Shown here one piece after another: positions 41,265-52,069 of a stretch of DNA of 64,000 nucleotides. Made by a program: the position numbers and the translations under genes. Source of the DNA: Gammaproteobacteria bacterium (GTDB lineage Bacteria; Pseudomonadota; Gammaproteobacteria; Eutrophobiales; Eutrophobiaceae); the NCBI GenBank assembly GCA_965222155.1, contig CBDCTH010000012.1, positions 2,368,001 through 2,432,000 of the forward strand, written 5' to 3'. Numbering within the stretch: the first letter of the stretch is position 1; each line of letters starts with the position of its first letter. The notes beneath the pieces were generated by a model that worked only from the letters and a program-made list of their open reading frames with translations, did not search any database and was not told the origin of the DNA.

Positions 41265-42248
41265 TCATAGAAATTTCTCTCCCGCGTGGTCCCGAAAAGA
41301 ATCAGCATCTCGAATATATTTCATAACTGTGGCAGGATTCGTGTGTCTGGTGACTTCCATTATCTTATCCAAACGCGCGTGATGAACTGCCGCACTAGTC
41401 ACAAAACCGGCCCGCAATGAATGACCGGACACCTCTTTGGGGTCCAACCCAATAGCTTTAGCATAGTACTTTACCAGACGAGGTATGTCGGAATGGTGTA
41501 GGGGTAGTCCTCTCAATGTATCTCCACGTCGCATGGTTTGAAATAGATGGCCCTGTGTAATTCCTGCAGCGTTCAACCAAGCCTGTAACCTCTCTATCGG
41601 TTTAACCTGTTTCCCTTCCGGTACAGCAATCCGTTGTCCTCTACCTGCCTGGTCTGTTTTTGATTTACGAATAGTCATAAACATTTTTCTTGAATCATGG
41701 TCGTTGACTGGAGATATGATCTCAATGTCGTCTACGGTCAAACCACAGAGTTCCGACCGCCGTAATGCACCAGCGAACCCAATAGCGAGGATGGCGGCAT
41801 CCCGTAGACCAATTAATGTGTTACTACACTGCTCCAGCATTCTCTTGATATCGTGCTCTCTGAGAGCCTTCACCTGACGCGATGTAGTGCTCCGTAGCCG
41901 CGCCAGACCTTTCAGTACCGCATTAACCTTAGGAGAATGTGTGGGGGATATTTTGCCCGTCTCATTATATTGTTTGTTAATGGCACTTTTATATAACGTT
42001 ATTGTCCCCACGGACAACGGTTCACCAAGCTTTATCGTAGCCGCTACGGAGCGAGGAACCGAAGATAAATGAACAAAGAAATCAGTTACATCGTCCGGTG
42101 TAGCATTGAAGGGGTCAATACACCTCGAAGTACAGTAATCCTGAAAGCAACGCCAGCCTTTGGCGTAAGCAACGCGGGTATTTTCCGATAAGGCCAAGGA
42201 AAGTACTTCGCCATAAAAACCTTTTTTATTTACGGTTGATGTTGTCAT
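41265..42248 (-). CDS. Tyrosine recombinase/integrase, Cre-like
   Basis: SENTRVAY..W, GFAGALRRSEL, KSKTDQ, GHSLRAGFVT, RH, KY (R-K-HxxR-H-Y). Confidence 0.93.
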   Translation of the reverse strand: MTTSTVNKKGFYGEVLSLALSENTRVAYAKGWRCFQDYCTSRCIDPFNATPDDVTDFFVHLSSVPRSVAATIKLGEPLSVGTITLYKSAINKQYNETGKISPTHSPKVNAVLKGLARLRSTTSRQVKALREHDIKRMLEQCSNTLIGLRDAAILAIGFAGALRRSELCGLTVDDIEIISPVNDHDSRKMFMTIRKSKTDQAGRGQRIAVPEGKQVKPIERLQAWLNAAGITQGHLFQTMRRGDTLRGLPLHHSDIPRLVKYYAKAIGLDPKEVSGHSLRAGFVTSAAVHHARLDKIMEVTRHTNPATVMKYIRDADSFRDHAGEKFL

Positions 42249-42385
42249 TTTAAAGCTCCTTAAAACTGGTTTTGTTGAAGCTTGCGTATTTCACTGAATC
42301 CTGCCACCCGTTTCACGTGAAGGCTGCCACCCGGAACGCAGCAAAGCTGCCACCCCCAGGCGCGTGATGACGTGGGTGTTGGTCA

Positions 42386-43144
42386 TTATGACTCTGTTGG
42401 GGTCATCGTCGTCAATGTTTTTTTCTGTTTTCGCATGGATTCACCCTTGAGTTGTATTTTGTAAGCATTGTGCACCAGGCGGTCAAGGATGGCATCGGCG
42501 AGGGTGGGGTCGCCGATGCTGTGATGCCATTTTTCGGCCGGTAATTGACTGGTAGCGAGGGTGGAGCGTGCGCCGTGGCGGTCTTCCAGGATTTCCAGCA
42601 GGTCACGGCGCTGCTCTGCGTTCAATTTGACCAGGCCCCAGTCATCGAGGATGAGGGCCTGGGTTTTTGCCAGGGTGGTGAGGAGCTTGGGATAGCGTCC
42701 ATCGCCCTTGGCGATGGACAGGTCCTGGAGGAGTCTGGGCAGGCGCAGGTAGAGGGCGGTGTAGCCGTGCCGGCAGGCGTTGTGTGCCAGGGCACAGGCG
42801 AGCCAGGTTTTGCCGACGCCGGTGGGGCCGGTGATGAGGATATTGAGGTGTTCGCGGACCCACTGGCAGGTGGCCAGTGATTGCATCAGGGATTTATCCA
42901 GTCCGCGCGGGTGGCGATAGTCGATATCCTCCAGGGTGGCATTGTGTTTGAGGCGGGCGCATCGCAGCCGGTTGGACAGGCGTCGGTTGTCCCGTTCGGT
43001 TATCTCCCGGTCGACGAGCAGGCCGAGGCGTTCCTCGAAGCTGAGGGTATCGATATCGGGCACGGACATCTGCTCGGTGAGGGCGGCAGCCATACCGGTG
43101 CATTTCAAGGTCTGGAGTTTGTCCAGGGTGGGATGTATCAACAT
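42386..43144 (-). CDS. istB: IS21 helper ATPase IstB
   Basis: GPTGVGKT, LILDDWG, TSQLP, ADAILDRLVHN. Confidence 0.97.
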   Translation of the reverse strand: MLIHPTLDKLQTLKCTGMAAALTEQMSVPDIDTLSFEERLGLLVDREITERDNRRLSNRLRCARLKHNATLEDIDYRHPRGLDKSLMQSLATCQWVREHLNILITGPTGVGKTWLACALAHNACRHGYTALYLRLPRLLQDLSIAKGDGRYPKLLTTLAKTQALILDDWGLVKLNAEQRRDLLEILEDRHGARSTLATSQLPAEKWHHSIGDPTLADAILDRLVHNAYKIQLKGESMRKQKKTLTTMTPTES

Positions 43145-43163
43145 AGCAGTCTCCTGTCGTGGG

Positions 43164-44705
43164 TCAGTGGTAGTAGGATGGGCCACGGATATTGTCGTGG
43201 TCATCAGGTAAGGCCGCCTCGGTCTGCTCGGCGAGGGGTTGCCGGTCCAGGCCGTGGCGGAGGATGGATTCGATACTTTTGTAACTGTGGCTGCCCAGGG
43301 TGAGGGCGCGTTGGCAGGCGGCCTCCAGCCGGTCGTCGCCGTAGGTTTTAGCCAGGCGCAGGATCCCTAAGCAACTGCGGTAGGCCTGCTGGGGGTGCTT
43401 GCGGGCAGACAGGACACGGAGGATAAGGGTTTCTGTGGCCGGCCCGACCGGCGCGGCCCAGCGGCCCAGGCGTTGCGGGGACCACTCGCCGGCCTGGCGG
43501 TGCGCCTCGGGCATGTGGGCCGGGACGGTGGTATGACGTGCCTTATGATACGAGCGTCGATGGCTGGCGATGCGCTGGCCGCGATGAAAGCATTCAATGG
43601 TGTTGGCGGTGATGCGCACGTCCAGTTGTTTTTTGATGAGCGCGTGGGGCACGGAGTAGTAATGGCCATGGACCTCGATGTGATAGTCGATATGGACCCG
43701 CGCCTGCTTCCACTCGGCGTATTCGTACGCTTCGACGGGCAGGGGCCGCAGGGCCGGTTTATCCAGTTGCTCAAACAGCGCGCGCCGGGTGCCCGGCAGT
43801 TTCTTGAAGGGCCGGTTGTTGAGCGTCTCCAGCAACGCCCGGATGGCGCGGTTCAACTCTGCCAGGGAGAAGCACTGACGCTGGCGCAGGGCGGCGAGGA
43901 TCCAGCGCTCTACCACCTGTACCGCGACCTCGGCTTTCGCTTTGTCACGGGGACGACGCACCCGTGCCGGGACAATGGCGACCCCGTAATGGGTGGCCAG
44001 GTCCTGGTAGGTGGGGTTGATGTCCGGCTCATAGCGATGCGCCTTGCTGACCCCGGCGCGTAAATTATCCGGCACCACCACTTCAGGCACACCGCCCAGG
44101 TAGGTAAAACAGCGCACGTGGGCGCCGATCCAATCTTCCAGGCCCTGGCTCCAGGTGGCCTCGGCATAGGTGTAGTTCGACGCGCCCAGCGCTGCCACAA
44201 ACACCTCTGCCTCACGGACTTCCCCGGTTGCCGGGTTGATGACCTGAGCACGCATACCGGCATAATCCACGAACAGCTTCTCACCGGCCCGGTGCTCCTG
44301 GCGCATGACCAGATCCAGCTTGCCACGCCACGTCCGATAATGCTGGCAGAACCAGGTGTACTGATAGCCTTGCGGGTGAGTCTGGCGATACTCATGCCAT
44401 AACAACTGCAAGGTGACGCCCGGGCGTTTCAACTCCCGATGAATGTGTGACCAATCGGGCACGCCGCGGGCCGCGGCGGGTACAGCTGGGGCGGGCGGAA
44501 ACAGCAGACGCTCCAGCGCCCCGTCATCCAGCGCCGCAGGCAGCGGCCAACCCAGCCCGGCCGCCTCGGCCCGGCGCAGGTACTCATCCACCGCCGGACG
44601 GGAAATGCCACAACTCCTGGCTGTCTGGCGTTTGCTCAGGCCCTGGCTCCAGCACAGGCGTAATACGTCTTTTATCTTTCTCATGGACAACCTCTTTGCA
44701 GGCAT
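43164..44705 (-). CDS. istA: IS21 transposase IstA
   Basis: [31 protein letters not shown]. Confidence 0.97.
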   Translation of the reverse strand: MPAKRLSMRKIKDVLRLCWSQGLSKRQTARSCGISRPAVDEYLRRAEAAGLGWPLPAALDDGALERLLFPPAPAVPAAARGVPDWSHIHRELKRPGVTLQLLWHEYRQTHPQGYQYTWFCQHYRTWRGKLDLVMRQEHRAGEKLFVDYAGMRAQVINPATGEVREAEVFVAALGASNYTYAEATWSQGLEDWIGAHVRCFTYLGGVPEVVVPDNLRAGVSKAHRYEPDINPTYQDLATHYGVAIVPARVRRPRDKAKAEVAVQVVERWILAALRQRQCFSLAELNRAIRALLETLNNRPFKKLPGTRRALFEQLDKPALRPLPVEAYEYAEWKQARVHIDYHIEVHGHYYSVPHALIKKQLDVRITANTIECFHRGQRIASHRRSYHKARHTTVPAHMPEAHRQAGEWSPQRLGRWAAPVGPATETLILRVLSARKHPQQAYRSCLGILRLAKTYGDDRLEAACQRALTLGSHSYKSIESILRHGLDRQPLAEQTEAALPDDHDNIRGPSYYH

Positions 44706-44935
44706 CTGTGTTTCCTCCTTTCAGTAGAAATAAGGACACAGGATACCCTTGGTTATCCACGTCAAACGCGCCGACTATCTACCTCCTTGGGGGTGGCAGC
44801 TTTGCCGTGTAATGGGTGGCAGCTTTGCTGTGAAATACGCAAAGCTCAGAATTTAACCATATGAACAACATGGTTAAGCCATTTACCGAGGAATTCTGAC
44901 TGGTTTTAACGACGCCTTTATCATTGATAATGCAA

Positions 44936-46236
44936 CTAAGGATACTGTCCTAAATTAAATTGCCATCTTCAGGTTTTTGTGTTTCAATCTCCCGATGAGA
45001 CGCAATCTTGAACTTGAAGCAACAATCGTGGAGAAGTACGCGGCGGTCGAGGCGCATCTCGATGAGCGCGGGCGTCGTATCTGGGCGGCCACGGAGTCGC
45101 GTGCCATCGGGTATGGGGGCGATGCGCTGGTGTCGGATGCGACCGGCCTGTCGCGTCCGACGGTGCGCAAGGGGCGCCGGGAGCTGGCAGCGGGTGGCGC
45201 CGCGCGCGGTCGGGTTCGCCGTCCGGGGGCGGGACGGCCGGGCATTGAGCAGTCGCAGCCGGGTATCAAGCGTGCGCTGGAGCAGCTGGTCGACCCGGTG
45301 ACGCGCGGCGACCCGCAGTCGCCGTTGCGGTGGACGTGCAAGAGTCGGGCGAAGCTTGCCGCGGCGCTGTCGCAGGCGGGCTGGACGGTGAGTTCGACGT
45401 CGGTGGGGCGGTTGTTGCACGAGCTGGGCTATCGGCTGCAATCGGTGCGCAAGAGCCGGGAAGGGACCTCACACCCGGACCGCAACGCACAGTTCGAGCA
45501 TATCAACGCGCAGGCGGGGGACTTTCTGCGGCGCGGCCAGCCGGTGGTGTCGGTCGATACCAAGAAGAAGGAATTGGTGGGGGATTTCAAGAATGCGGGC
45601 CGGGAGTGGCAGCCGCAGGGGCAGCCCGAGCAAGCGCTGGTGCATGACTTCCCGCAGGACGCGGCCGGCAAGGCGATACCCTACGGCATTTATGACATGG
45701 GCGGCAACGAAGCCTGGGTCAGTGTCGGGTGTGACCACGATACGCCGGCCTTCGCGGTGGCCTCGCTGCGGCGCTGGTGGGCGGCGATGGGCCAGCGCCG
45801 TTACCCCGAGGCGAGTGCCCTGTTCATCACCGCCGATGCGGGTGGCAGCAACGGGTATCGCGCCCGTGCGTGGAAGCACGGGCTGCAGCAGTTTGCCGAC
45901 GAGACGGGGGTGCGCATCCACGTCAGCCATTTCCCGCCTGGCACCAGCAAGTGGAACAGGATTGAGCATCGGCTGTTCTGTCACATCACGCAGAATTGGC
46001 GCGGCAAGCCGCTGCGGACCTTTGAAACCATTGTCGACTTGATTGGCAATACACGCACCGACGCAGGGCTTCGGGTCAGAGCCGAACTCGACACGGGAAA
46101 ATACCCGAAAGGCGTGACGGCGACGAACGCGGAGATGGAGGGGTTGTCACTACATCGCAATGAGTTCCACGGCGAGTGGAACTATGAATTGCACCCTCGA
46201 TAAAGTTGGAAACTTAAATTCGATCAAACCCCTTAG
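44936..46236 (+). mobile_element. ISAzo13-family element; transposase 44995-46203
   Basis: GDPQSPLRWT.KS, HPDRNAQF, SVDTKKKELVG, PPGTSKWN.IEHRLF, FHGEWNY; imperfect IRs CTAAGG..CCTTAG (ends approximate). Confidence 0.92.
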
Positions 46237-47062
46237 GAATCAGGTCATCATACGGAACCGGGCAGGGAGCAAACCGGTTGGCCGGGTCCTGTAAACCGAC
46301 ATTCTTGTAGGGCTCCGGGTTGCTGCGTGAGATACCGCCGTGGACGTTCAACAGCAGGTCCAGGCTTGCGTCGGGTTGAATGCGAAACTGGCCCCGGATT
46401 GCCTGACGCTGGTAATTGCCTGTGTGCTTGCCCAGTGTGTGGTTGTCAAACGCCCCATCCCTGATATTGCTGGAAAAAGCGATGCGCGCCGCCGCGTTAT
46501 CACCCAGGGCAATACCGCCGCCGGCCTCCACGTCGAATTGATCATAACGGCCGTAACCTGCTTCGATATAACCGTTCAGCCCTTCATCCACATTCGGTTT
46601 GCGGCTGATGTAGTTCACTGCGCCGCCCGTGGTATTGCGCCCGAACAGCGTATTCTGGGGACCGCGCAAGACTTCCACCCGTTCCATATCAAAGGTATTG
46701 AAAGTCACCGCGAAAGGGGAATTCAATGCAACGTCATCGAGGTAGACGCCTACCGCACCGACCACGTTCAGGTGGAAATCCGCGGTGCCCACGCCACGGA
46801 TATAGTAGTTTATTTTGGAACCCCCCTGCGGCAGAATCGCTGCGTTGGGCACATGCAGCATGATGTCTTCGGCGCTTTGTATTCCCAGTTCATCAAGGTT
46901 TTCACCGGTAAACGCCTGCACGGAGATGGGTACGTCCTGCAGGGATTCAGCCCGCTTCTGGGCCGTCACAACGATCTCTTCAATCTGTGCAGTGACAAGC
47001 GACGGATTGAGAAAGATGAAAAAAACAGCAATCAGTGTCCGAGTTATGAGTTTATTTTTCAC
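46230..47062 (-). pseudogene. TonB-dependent receptor, 5' fragment truncated by ISAzo13
   Basis: IEEIVVTAQKR..LQDVPISV, ERVEVLRGPQNTLFGRNTTGGA; only ~280 aa remain. Confidence 0.92.
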
Positions 47063-47207
47063 TGGTATTCCTCCACTTTTTTGTGGTGCCAACATACTCT
47101 GGCCAGTAGTCCAGATATGGATTATTCGTATATCAATCGAACATTTTATATTATTGACGATCAAAAAGCATATTCAGGCGCAACATTTCCAGCCGTTCCC
47201 GCTAACT

Positions 47208-47299
47208 TCCGGGATCGAGGGCATCTTGCCCGCGCCGAGGGCGGGATGCCCTTCTTGCCGGATTCGAAGACAGAGGGGACAGATTTAAATCTGTCCCCC
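47208..47299. repeat. REP-like palindromes
   Basis: GAGGGGCATCTTGCCC..GAGGGCGGGATGCCCT (related copy at 59736-59790) and GGGGACAGATTTAAATCTGTCCCC. Confidence 0.7.
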
Positions 47300-47333
47300 A
47301 GGAGTCACGGGCATTTTCCCCTGTTCGTACCTG

Positions 47334-48914
47334 TTAAAACAACCCGGAATTTATATCCCTGTGAGGATATTTCCGTATTAATCCCATGTGCGACCCTACC
47401 ATGCGTTGAAATGGCACGACAGCCCACAGGTGGTTATACATCGCACCGAATTTTTCAGCCGGGTCGCGAGCGATGTTGTACAGTTCATAATTGGGCAAGC
47501 CTCCCTTGGAACCGGGAATGACATGCAGTTTATGGTCTTCCATTCGGACGGCCTTGAGGTCCTTGCCGCTGTAGTAGAACATGTAATTCCTGCGCCCGTG
47601 GCCTTCGCCGTTAAGCAGCAAGGGTAACTGGTCGATGCCGTCAATAACCCGGTCTGAAGGAATTCTGTCTTCTACGCCGGCGACCCTTGCGGCAGTGACA
47701 AAGAGGTCGGTCACCGAGATCATGTCAAGCGGTTGTTGTCCCGGTTCAATCATACCGGGCCATACCGCAAACCCGGGTGTGCGCACACCACCTTCATAGA
47801 CCTCACCCTTTGCGCCGCGCAGCCAGGAATAACCGGCACTGGGCCAGAAAGTATACATGGGGCCGTTATCGCTCACCCAGATTATCAGCGTATTCTCTTC
47901 GATGTCGGCCTGTTTTACCGTATCGAGCAACTGCTGGATGTAGTCATCGTGCTGGGCCAGTTCCGCCGACTGGTTATTTCGGTAGTCAAGCCCCTCCTGG
48001 AAACGGTATTCCCTGGGCGATGATGCCATCTGCTGGGCATAACTCGCCCAGTACAGGAAGAAGGGTTTGTCTGATTTAGCCTTCTCCCTGATATATTCCT
48101 TTATCTTGATGATGGACTGCTCCTCCATTTCCACCATGGATTCGGCCGACATGGGGGCAACTTCCCGGCGGCCTTTGCCTTTGAGCCCTTCCAGCGCGCC
48201 CAGGATCTCTATACCGTATTTCTCGCGGTAGTCCTCGAAGGTACCGGGGAAATCATAAAAATGGCCGACGCCATCCACGGTCTGTCCTTTGTAAAACGCG
48301 TCCTGGTTGACCCAGGAATAGATGGCGCCGTTGTAAAGGCCGTAATAGGCATAATCAAAGCCCTGGTTCTCCGGCGCATGGGGTTCCAGGTCACCCACGT
48401 GCCATTTGCCGAACATGGCGGTGTGGTAACCGGCAGCGGACAGCATTTCGGCGACGGTCACTTCCTCCGGCGCCAGTCCCTGTGTTTGTCCGGGCCAGAG
48501 CACGATATCGACACCGGTACGCACCGGATGGCGTCCGGTCAACAGTGCAAGCCGCGTAGGGGTGCAGGACGGCTCGGAATAATGCGCCAGGAACTGCATC
48601 CCCTGTTTCGCCATATTGTCCAGGTTAGGGGTGGGTGTCCCACGCAGTTTGCCGCCCAGGTAGGAACCCAGCTCACCCCATCCTATATCGTCGGCAAGCA
48701 CATAAATAATGTTGGGTTTTTTACCGTGGCGTTTTTCCAGTTGTGCCAACCTGGCGTCTATGGCCTTGTCTTCTTTTGCCCAGCTCTCGGCATTTTCCTG
48801 TAACGCCTTTTGATATGGCGCGTCAGGCTGGTAGGCATTTGTTGTGCTCACTGCGAGAACAGACAGCAGGAATATGGACAACCTTGTGATGTATTGCTTA
48901 TTGACGTGATACAT
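47334..48914 (-). CDS. Secreted Cys-type sulfatase (arylsulfatase family)
   Basis: Signal peptide; PNII..LADDIG, SCTPTRLALLTGR (CxPxR), GKWH, SDNG. Confidence 0.95.
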   Translation of the reverse strand: MYHVNKQYITRLSIFLLSVLAVSTTNAYQPDAPYQKALQENAESWAKEDKAIDARLAQLEKRHGKKPNIIYVLADDIGWGELGSYLGGKLRGTPTPNLDNMAKQGMQFLAHYSEPSCTPTRLALLTGRHPVRTGVDIVLWPGQTQGLAPEEVTVAEMLSAAGYHTAMFGKWHVGDLEPHAPENQGFDYAYYGLYNGAIYSWVNQDAFYKGQTVDGVGHFYDFPGTFEDYREKYGIEILGALEGLKGKGRREVAPMSAESMVEMEEQSIIKIKEYIREKAKSDKPFFLYWASYAQQMASSPREYRFQEGLDYRNNQSAELAQHDDYIQQLLDTVKQADIEENTLIIWVSDNGPMYTFWPSAGYSWLRGAKGEVYEGGVRTPGFAVWPGMIEPGQQPLDMISVTDLFVTAARVAGVEDRIPSDRVIDGIDQLPLLLNGEGHGRRNYMFYYSGKDLKAVRMEDHKLHVIPGSKGGLPNYELYNIARDPAEKFGAMYNHLWAVVPFQRMVGSHMGLIRKYPHRDINSGLF

Positions 48915-49006
48915 ATTTACCCCCGAATAAAGTCTGACATTCCCATTGAGCTAATCATAGTTTATCACTACATAGCCGGTATAAATGCAGGCTGGAAAGA
49001 CTGAGT

Positions 49007-49372
49007 TTATAAACTCTTTGCCGTGGCGATTCCTAAGTAGCAGGCAAGCAGGCACAATATGATTGAAAGAGTGATATTCAAAAACCCTCTGCCCGCTGAG
49101 CCGTTTTGTATGAGATGCAATGTTTCCAGAGAAAATGCTGAAAATGTCGTAAACCCGCCCAATATTCCTATCACCAGAAACAGGCGCAGGGAATCGTCTA
49201 TCATCGGGTTTTGCATATACGCAAAGGCAAAACCGATTAGAAAAGAGCCGCTTGCATTGACTATAAGTGTCCCAAACGGAAAACCGGCAAAGGGGACTAG
49301 GCGGAAGGTAAGATAGCGCAGCACCGAGCCGAGCGCTCCACCAATTGCTATATGTACCAGGTTGGAAATCAT
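49007..49372 (-). CDS. crcB: Fluoride channel Fluc/CrcB
   Basis: GGALGSVLRY, FPFGTLIVN, GILGGFTTFSAF. Confidence 0.96.
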   Translation of the reverse strand: MISNLVHIAIGGALGSVLRYLTFRLVPFAGFPFGTLIVNASGSFLIGFAFAYMQNPMIDDSLRLFLVIGILGGFTTFSAFSLETLHLIQNGSAGRGFLNITLSIILCLLACYLGIATAKSL

Positions 49373-49496
49373 GAGTGTGTGCAATTCTAACGTAGTTTGC
49401 CTGACGCGTGTTTGTCATTGCCCGCAATATCGTTTACAGTCAGGACATAAGACTTCATGAATTAACATTCGAGCTATTCCGAGGGAACCATATATC

Positions 49497-50189
49497 ATGT
49501 CTATCGCTCATTTTCTTATATTTATCACCGACCCGTCGGCTGCAAATGATACCCACGAACGCTTCCCCGAACAGGAAATATCGGCCCTCGCGACCATCTC
49601 CGGCGTTGAGCGGGTCGATCGTTATGAACCCACGCTGTTTGAGGACGACCCTTATGATGATGACCGCCAGGATCAGGTGCTCACCATACAAACCAGTTAC
49701 CGCGACATCACCAGTCTTGAACAGGGCCTGGCTTCGGCTGAATTTCAACGCCTGGTAAAAGCTGTCGCCGCCGGCTCAGTTTATAAATTAAGCCACGATG
49801 CCATGGGCATGGTGTTTTATCCGGTTGCGGATGAAAGTGAACCGAGAGAGTTGACCGCACCGATCTCTTACGTGGTCCGCTACCATTACCCGGCAAACGA
49901 CGTTGAGCGGTTTATTGATCACTACACCAGCCATCATCCGCAAATCGAAACAAGGTTTCCCCGTATCACCAACATTATGTGTTACCTGCCGATCAAATGG
50001 CATGACCCCACCGATTTGCCGTACCTGGGCTACATGCTCGGCAATGAAGTCGTGTTCGAGTCCGTGGAGGACCTGGGTAATGCCTTGACGTCACCGGTAA
50101 TGGAGGACATGGGTGCAGACTTTCAGCAGTTCCCCCCGTTCCAGGGACATGATACGCATTATCCCATGCACAGGAGACGCGTTATTTGA
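49497..50189 (+). CDS. EthD-family (tandem dimeric alpha/beta barrel) protein
   Basis: FIDHYTSHHP, EVVFESVEDL..AL.SP; similar N-half motif. Confidence 0.65.
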   Translation: MSIAHFLIFITDPSAANDTHERFPEQEISALATISGVERVDRYEPTLFEDDPYDDDRQDQVLTIQTSYRDITSLEQGLASAEFQRLVKAVAAGSVYKLSHDAMGMVFYPVADESEPRELTAPISYVVRYHYPANDVERFIDHYTSHHPQIETRFPRITNIMCYLPIKWHDPTDLPYLGYMLGNEVVFESVEDLGNALTSPVMEDMGADFQQFPPFQGHDTHYPMHRRRVI

Positions 50190-50223
50190 GTGGCATTTGA
50201 GGGTTGCGAATGTAACTGAACAG

Positions 50224-51081
50224 CTATGCAGCCAGTACCCTGTCAAGTATGTGCTGTGCCGCAGTTTGTGCGGAGTTTACCTGAGTAACAGCAATATCCC
50301 GACGTTCGGCCTCATCTCTTAGCTCTTCAACCGCCTCCGTAACAAGACCCCGTTTGGGGTGGTCCTGTGCCACGCTTACGCCAGCAAGCAATTCCCTCAC
50401 TTCGGGCTTGAACAAATAATTCGGTGCATCAGCAAGTAAATTGAGTGACCATAATTTCGCGCGTGCATCCTCCAGTTGCCTTTTGAGATTGCCGGGTGTC
50501 AGCGAAGTCAGGTTGGCCGCGAATGATGGATTCAGGAATGTAAACAATGCAGGCATATCGTGATTACCAAGATAAACGCGCACATTGAAATTGTGTTCCA
50601 GTTGCGTATTCGCGCGCAGAATGATTGATTTTACTTGAGCATCCCATTTACGGAAACCTTCGTCTGTTGGTCGCTTGGCTTGGTTATCCAACGTCTCACT
50701 GTAAAGAAAAGAAGCAAACGGCGCGGCAAAGCTGATAAGTTCATCCAAAGATGAAATTTCAACATCTTGCACCTTGCCCAGATATATACCATCCAGAGGG
50801 GGTTCCCAAGCGTTCAGGTTTTGATTGGAACTGAGAAATGCCTCGCAACTGGAAATTGTGACAGACACAACACCCTTTACAAAACCGCATTCTCCTTGAA
50901 ACACTGTTTTTAGCGCCTTAGGGTTGATAGTCGCTTGACAACGGTAGTCACCCTCAGCATTGACGGCCGCAACAGCAATGGTCAGGCGTTCCTCCGACCC
51001 AGGTAGGGGTTCGAACAAAACCGGCGCCCAAGAGGCTCCCGGAGATTTAGGCTTTAGAGCACACACATTATCCGTCTTCAT
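50224..51081 (-). CDS. Uncharacterised partner of HipA-like kinase (DUF3037-like N-terminus)
   Basis: W.PV.FEP..GSEERLTIAV pattern; overlaps the kinase 3' end by 14 nt. Confidence 0.6.
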   Translation of the reverse strand: MKTDNVCALKPKSPGASWAPVLFEPLPGSEERLTIAVAAVNAEGDYRCQATINPKALKTVFQGECGFVKGVVSVTISSCEAFLSSNQNLNAWEPPLDGIYLGKVQDVEISSLDELISFAAPFASFLYSETLDNQAKRPTDEGFRKWDAQVKSIILRANTQLEHNFNVRVYLGNHDMPALFTFLNPSFAANLTSLTPGNLKRQLEDARAKLWSLNLLADAPNYLFKPEVRELLAGVSVAQDHPKRGLVTEAVEELRDEAERRDIAVTQVNSAQTAAQHILDRVLAA

Positions 51082-51838
51082 CTTTGATATCCCATAAGAT
51101 TTGGCCTTGACTCGTTCTGAACACTGTGTCGATCAATTGAGGCAGATATTCGACTCGGTCACGTAGTAATTGACAACAATTCCAGAATTCAGGATTAGCG
51201 CTCCACCCATCCGGCAGCCCGGCAATTGCAATCTGTGCAAAGTCAACGTTGGCGAAATGTCCTATCTTCTGTTTTACTTTTTCAGCAAGTTTATCACTGC
51301 TTACTTGTTCATTTCGCGCTAGCCATAGTTCAGCAAATTTATTTCGATACCGGGTCTCAGGTTGCATATCCTGCGGCAACGCCTCACCATGATCAATCAG
51401 TGAATATCAATTACGACCTTCAAAGAGCAAGTTAGTCATTGTCCTATCCTGGTTGCCAATCCAAGTATCGAAACCAATGGATGGCAGGAAGTGAGCCCAT
51501 TTCATCAACTCGGTGGTTTGCACAAGGTTGCTGCGGGCTGCGCGGGCGTAGGAGCTTGCTCCCGAATAATGCGTGGCGAACCAGTAGCGGTCTACGGAAG
51601 TATTCTCAAGTTGTGCCTGTTCATATTCCACAACGAAGCACTCTGGAACGGGAATCTCAACAGCCTGAGCCAATAGATTGCATACTACCTCACGAATCAG
51701 TTCGTAACGAGGCAACCTTTTTGCGATAACGGGAACGCCGCTGTCAGTCCAACCTTGCGCTAACATACGACTGTTTCTGTCAGGACTAGACAGGTTTTTG
51801 ACAAGCGTAAATGAGCCGACGCGGACCGGAGTGAGCAT
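51068..51838 (-). pseudogene. HipA-like/PI3-4-type kinase with in-frame TGA at 51407
   Basis: IAK..E..RE...LLA...IPVP, FDTWIGNQDR..NLL, then * YSLIDHG in the same frame. Confidence 0.82.
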
Positions 51839-52069
51839 AGTCGTTCAGTCTAGTGGATATATCCCGTAAAGTCTAAAAATCATGTACTGTGTTAACGTAA
51901 CGGATATTGTAGGAAGGAATTTTCTTTTTCAACCCTACACCACTAATTTGTTCAGGCACCTCACAGGCACCATTTTGTTTGCAAGCTCAAGATAGAACTC
52001 AGTGGTCAGAAGTTTACTAAGCTTGTTATGATGACATAAAAATCTTTAACGATGGAGGCACTGGCACAC

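Larger units (their letters stand above)
42283..44841 (-). mobile_element. Complete IS21-family element
   Basis: IRs TGCGTATTTCAC / GTGAAATACGCA, internal CTGCCACC repeats, 5-bp TSD AAGCT. Confidence 0.96.

Noticed and set aside
46340-47521. 393-aa plus-strand ORF, and other long antisense ORFs such as 16519-17673, 12519-13532 and 18124-19143
   Set aside because: Shadow frames of well-supported genes in GC-rich DNA, with no motifs.
49373-49496. Fluoride riboswitch upstream of crcB
   Set aside because: No GGCGATGG..CGCC / CTAATGAC-like signature recognisable by eye; an Infernal search would settle it.
9201-51409. TGA recoding (Sec, Trp or Gly) suggested by in-frame TGAs at 9201, ~40275 and 51407
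   Set aside because: TGA ends conserved genes normally here (P450, hmgA, maiA), in-frame TAGs also occur, and no convincing SECIS hairpin was seen. Pseudogenisation is simpler.
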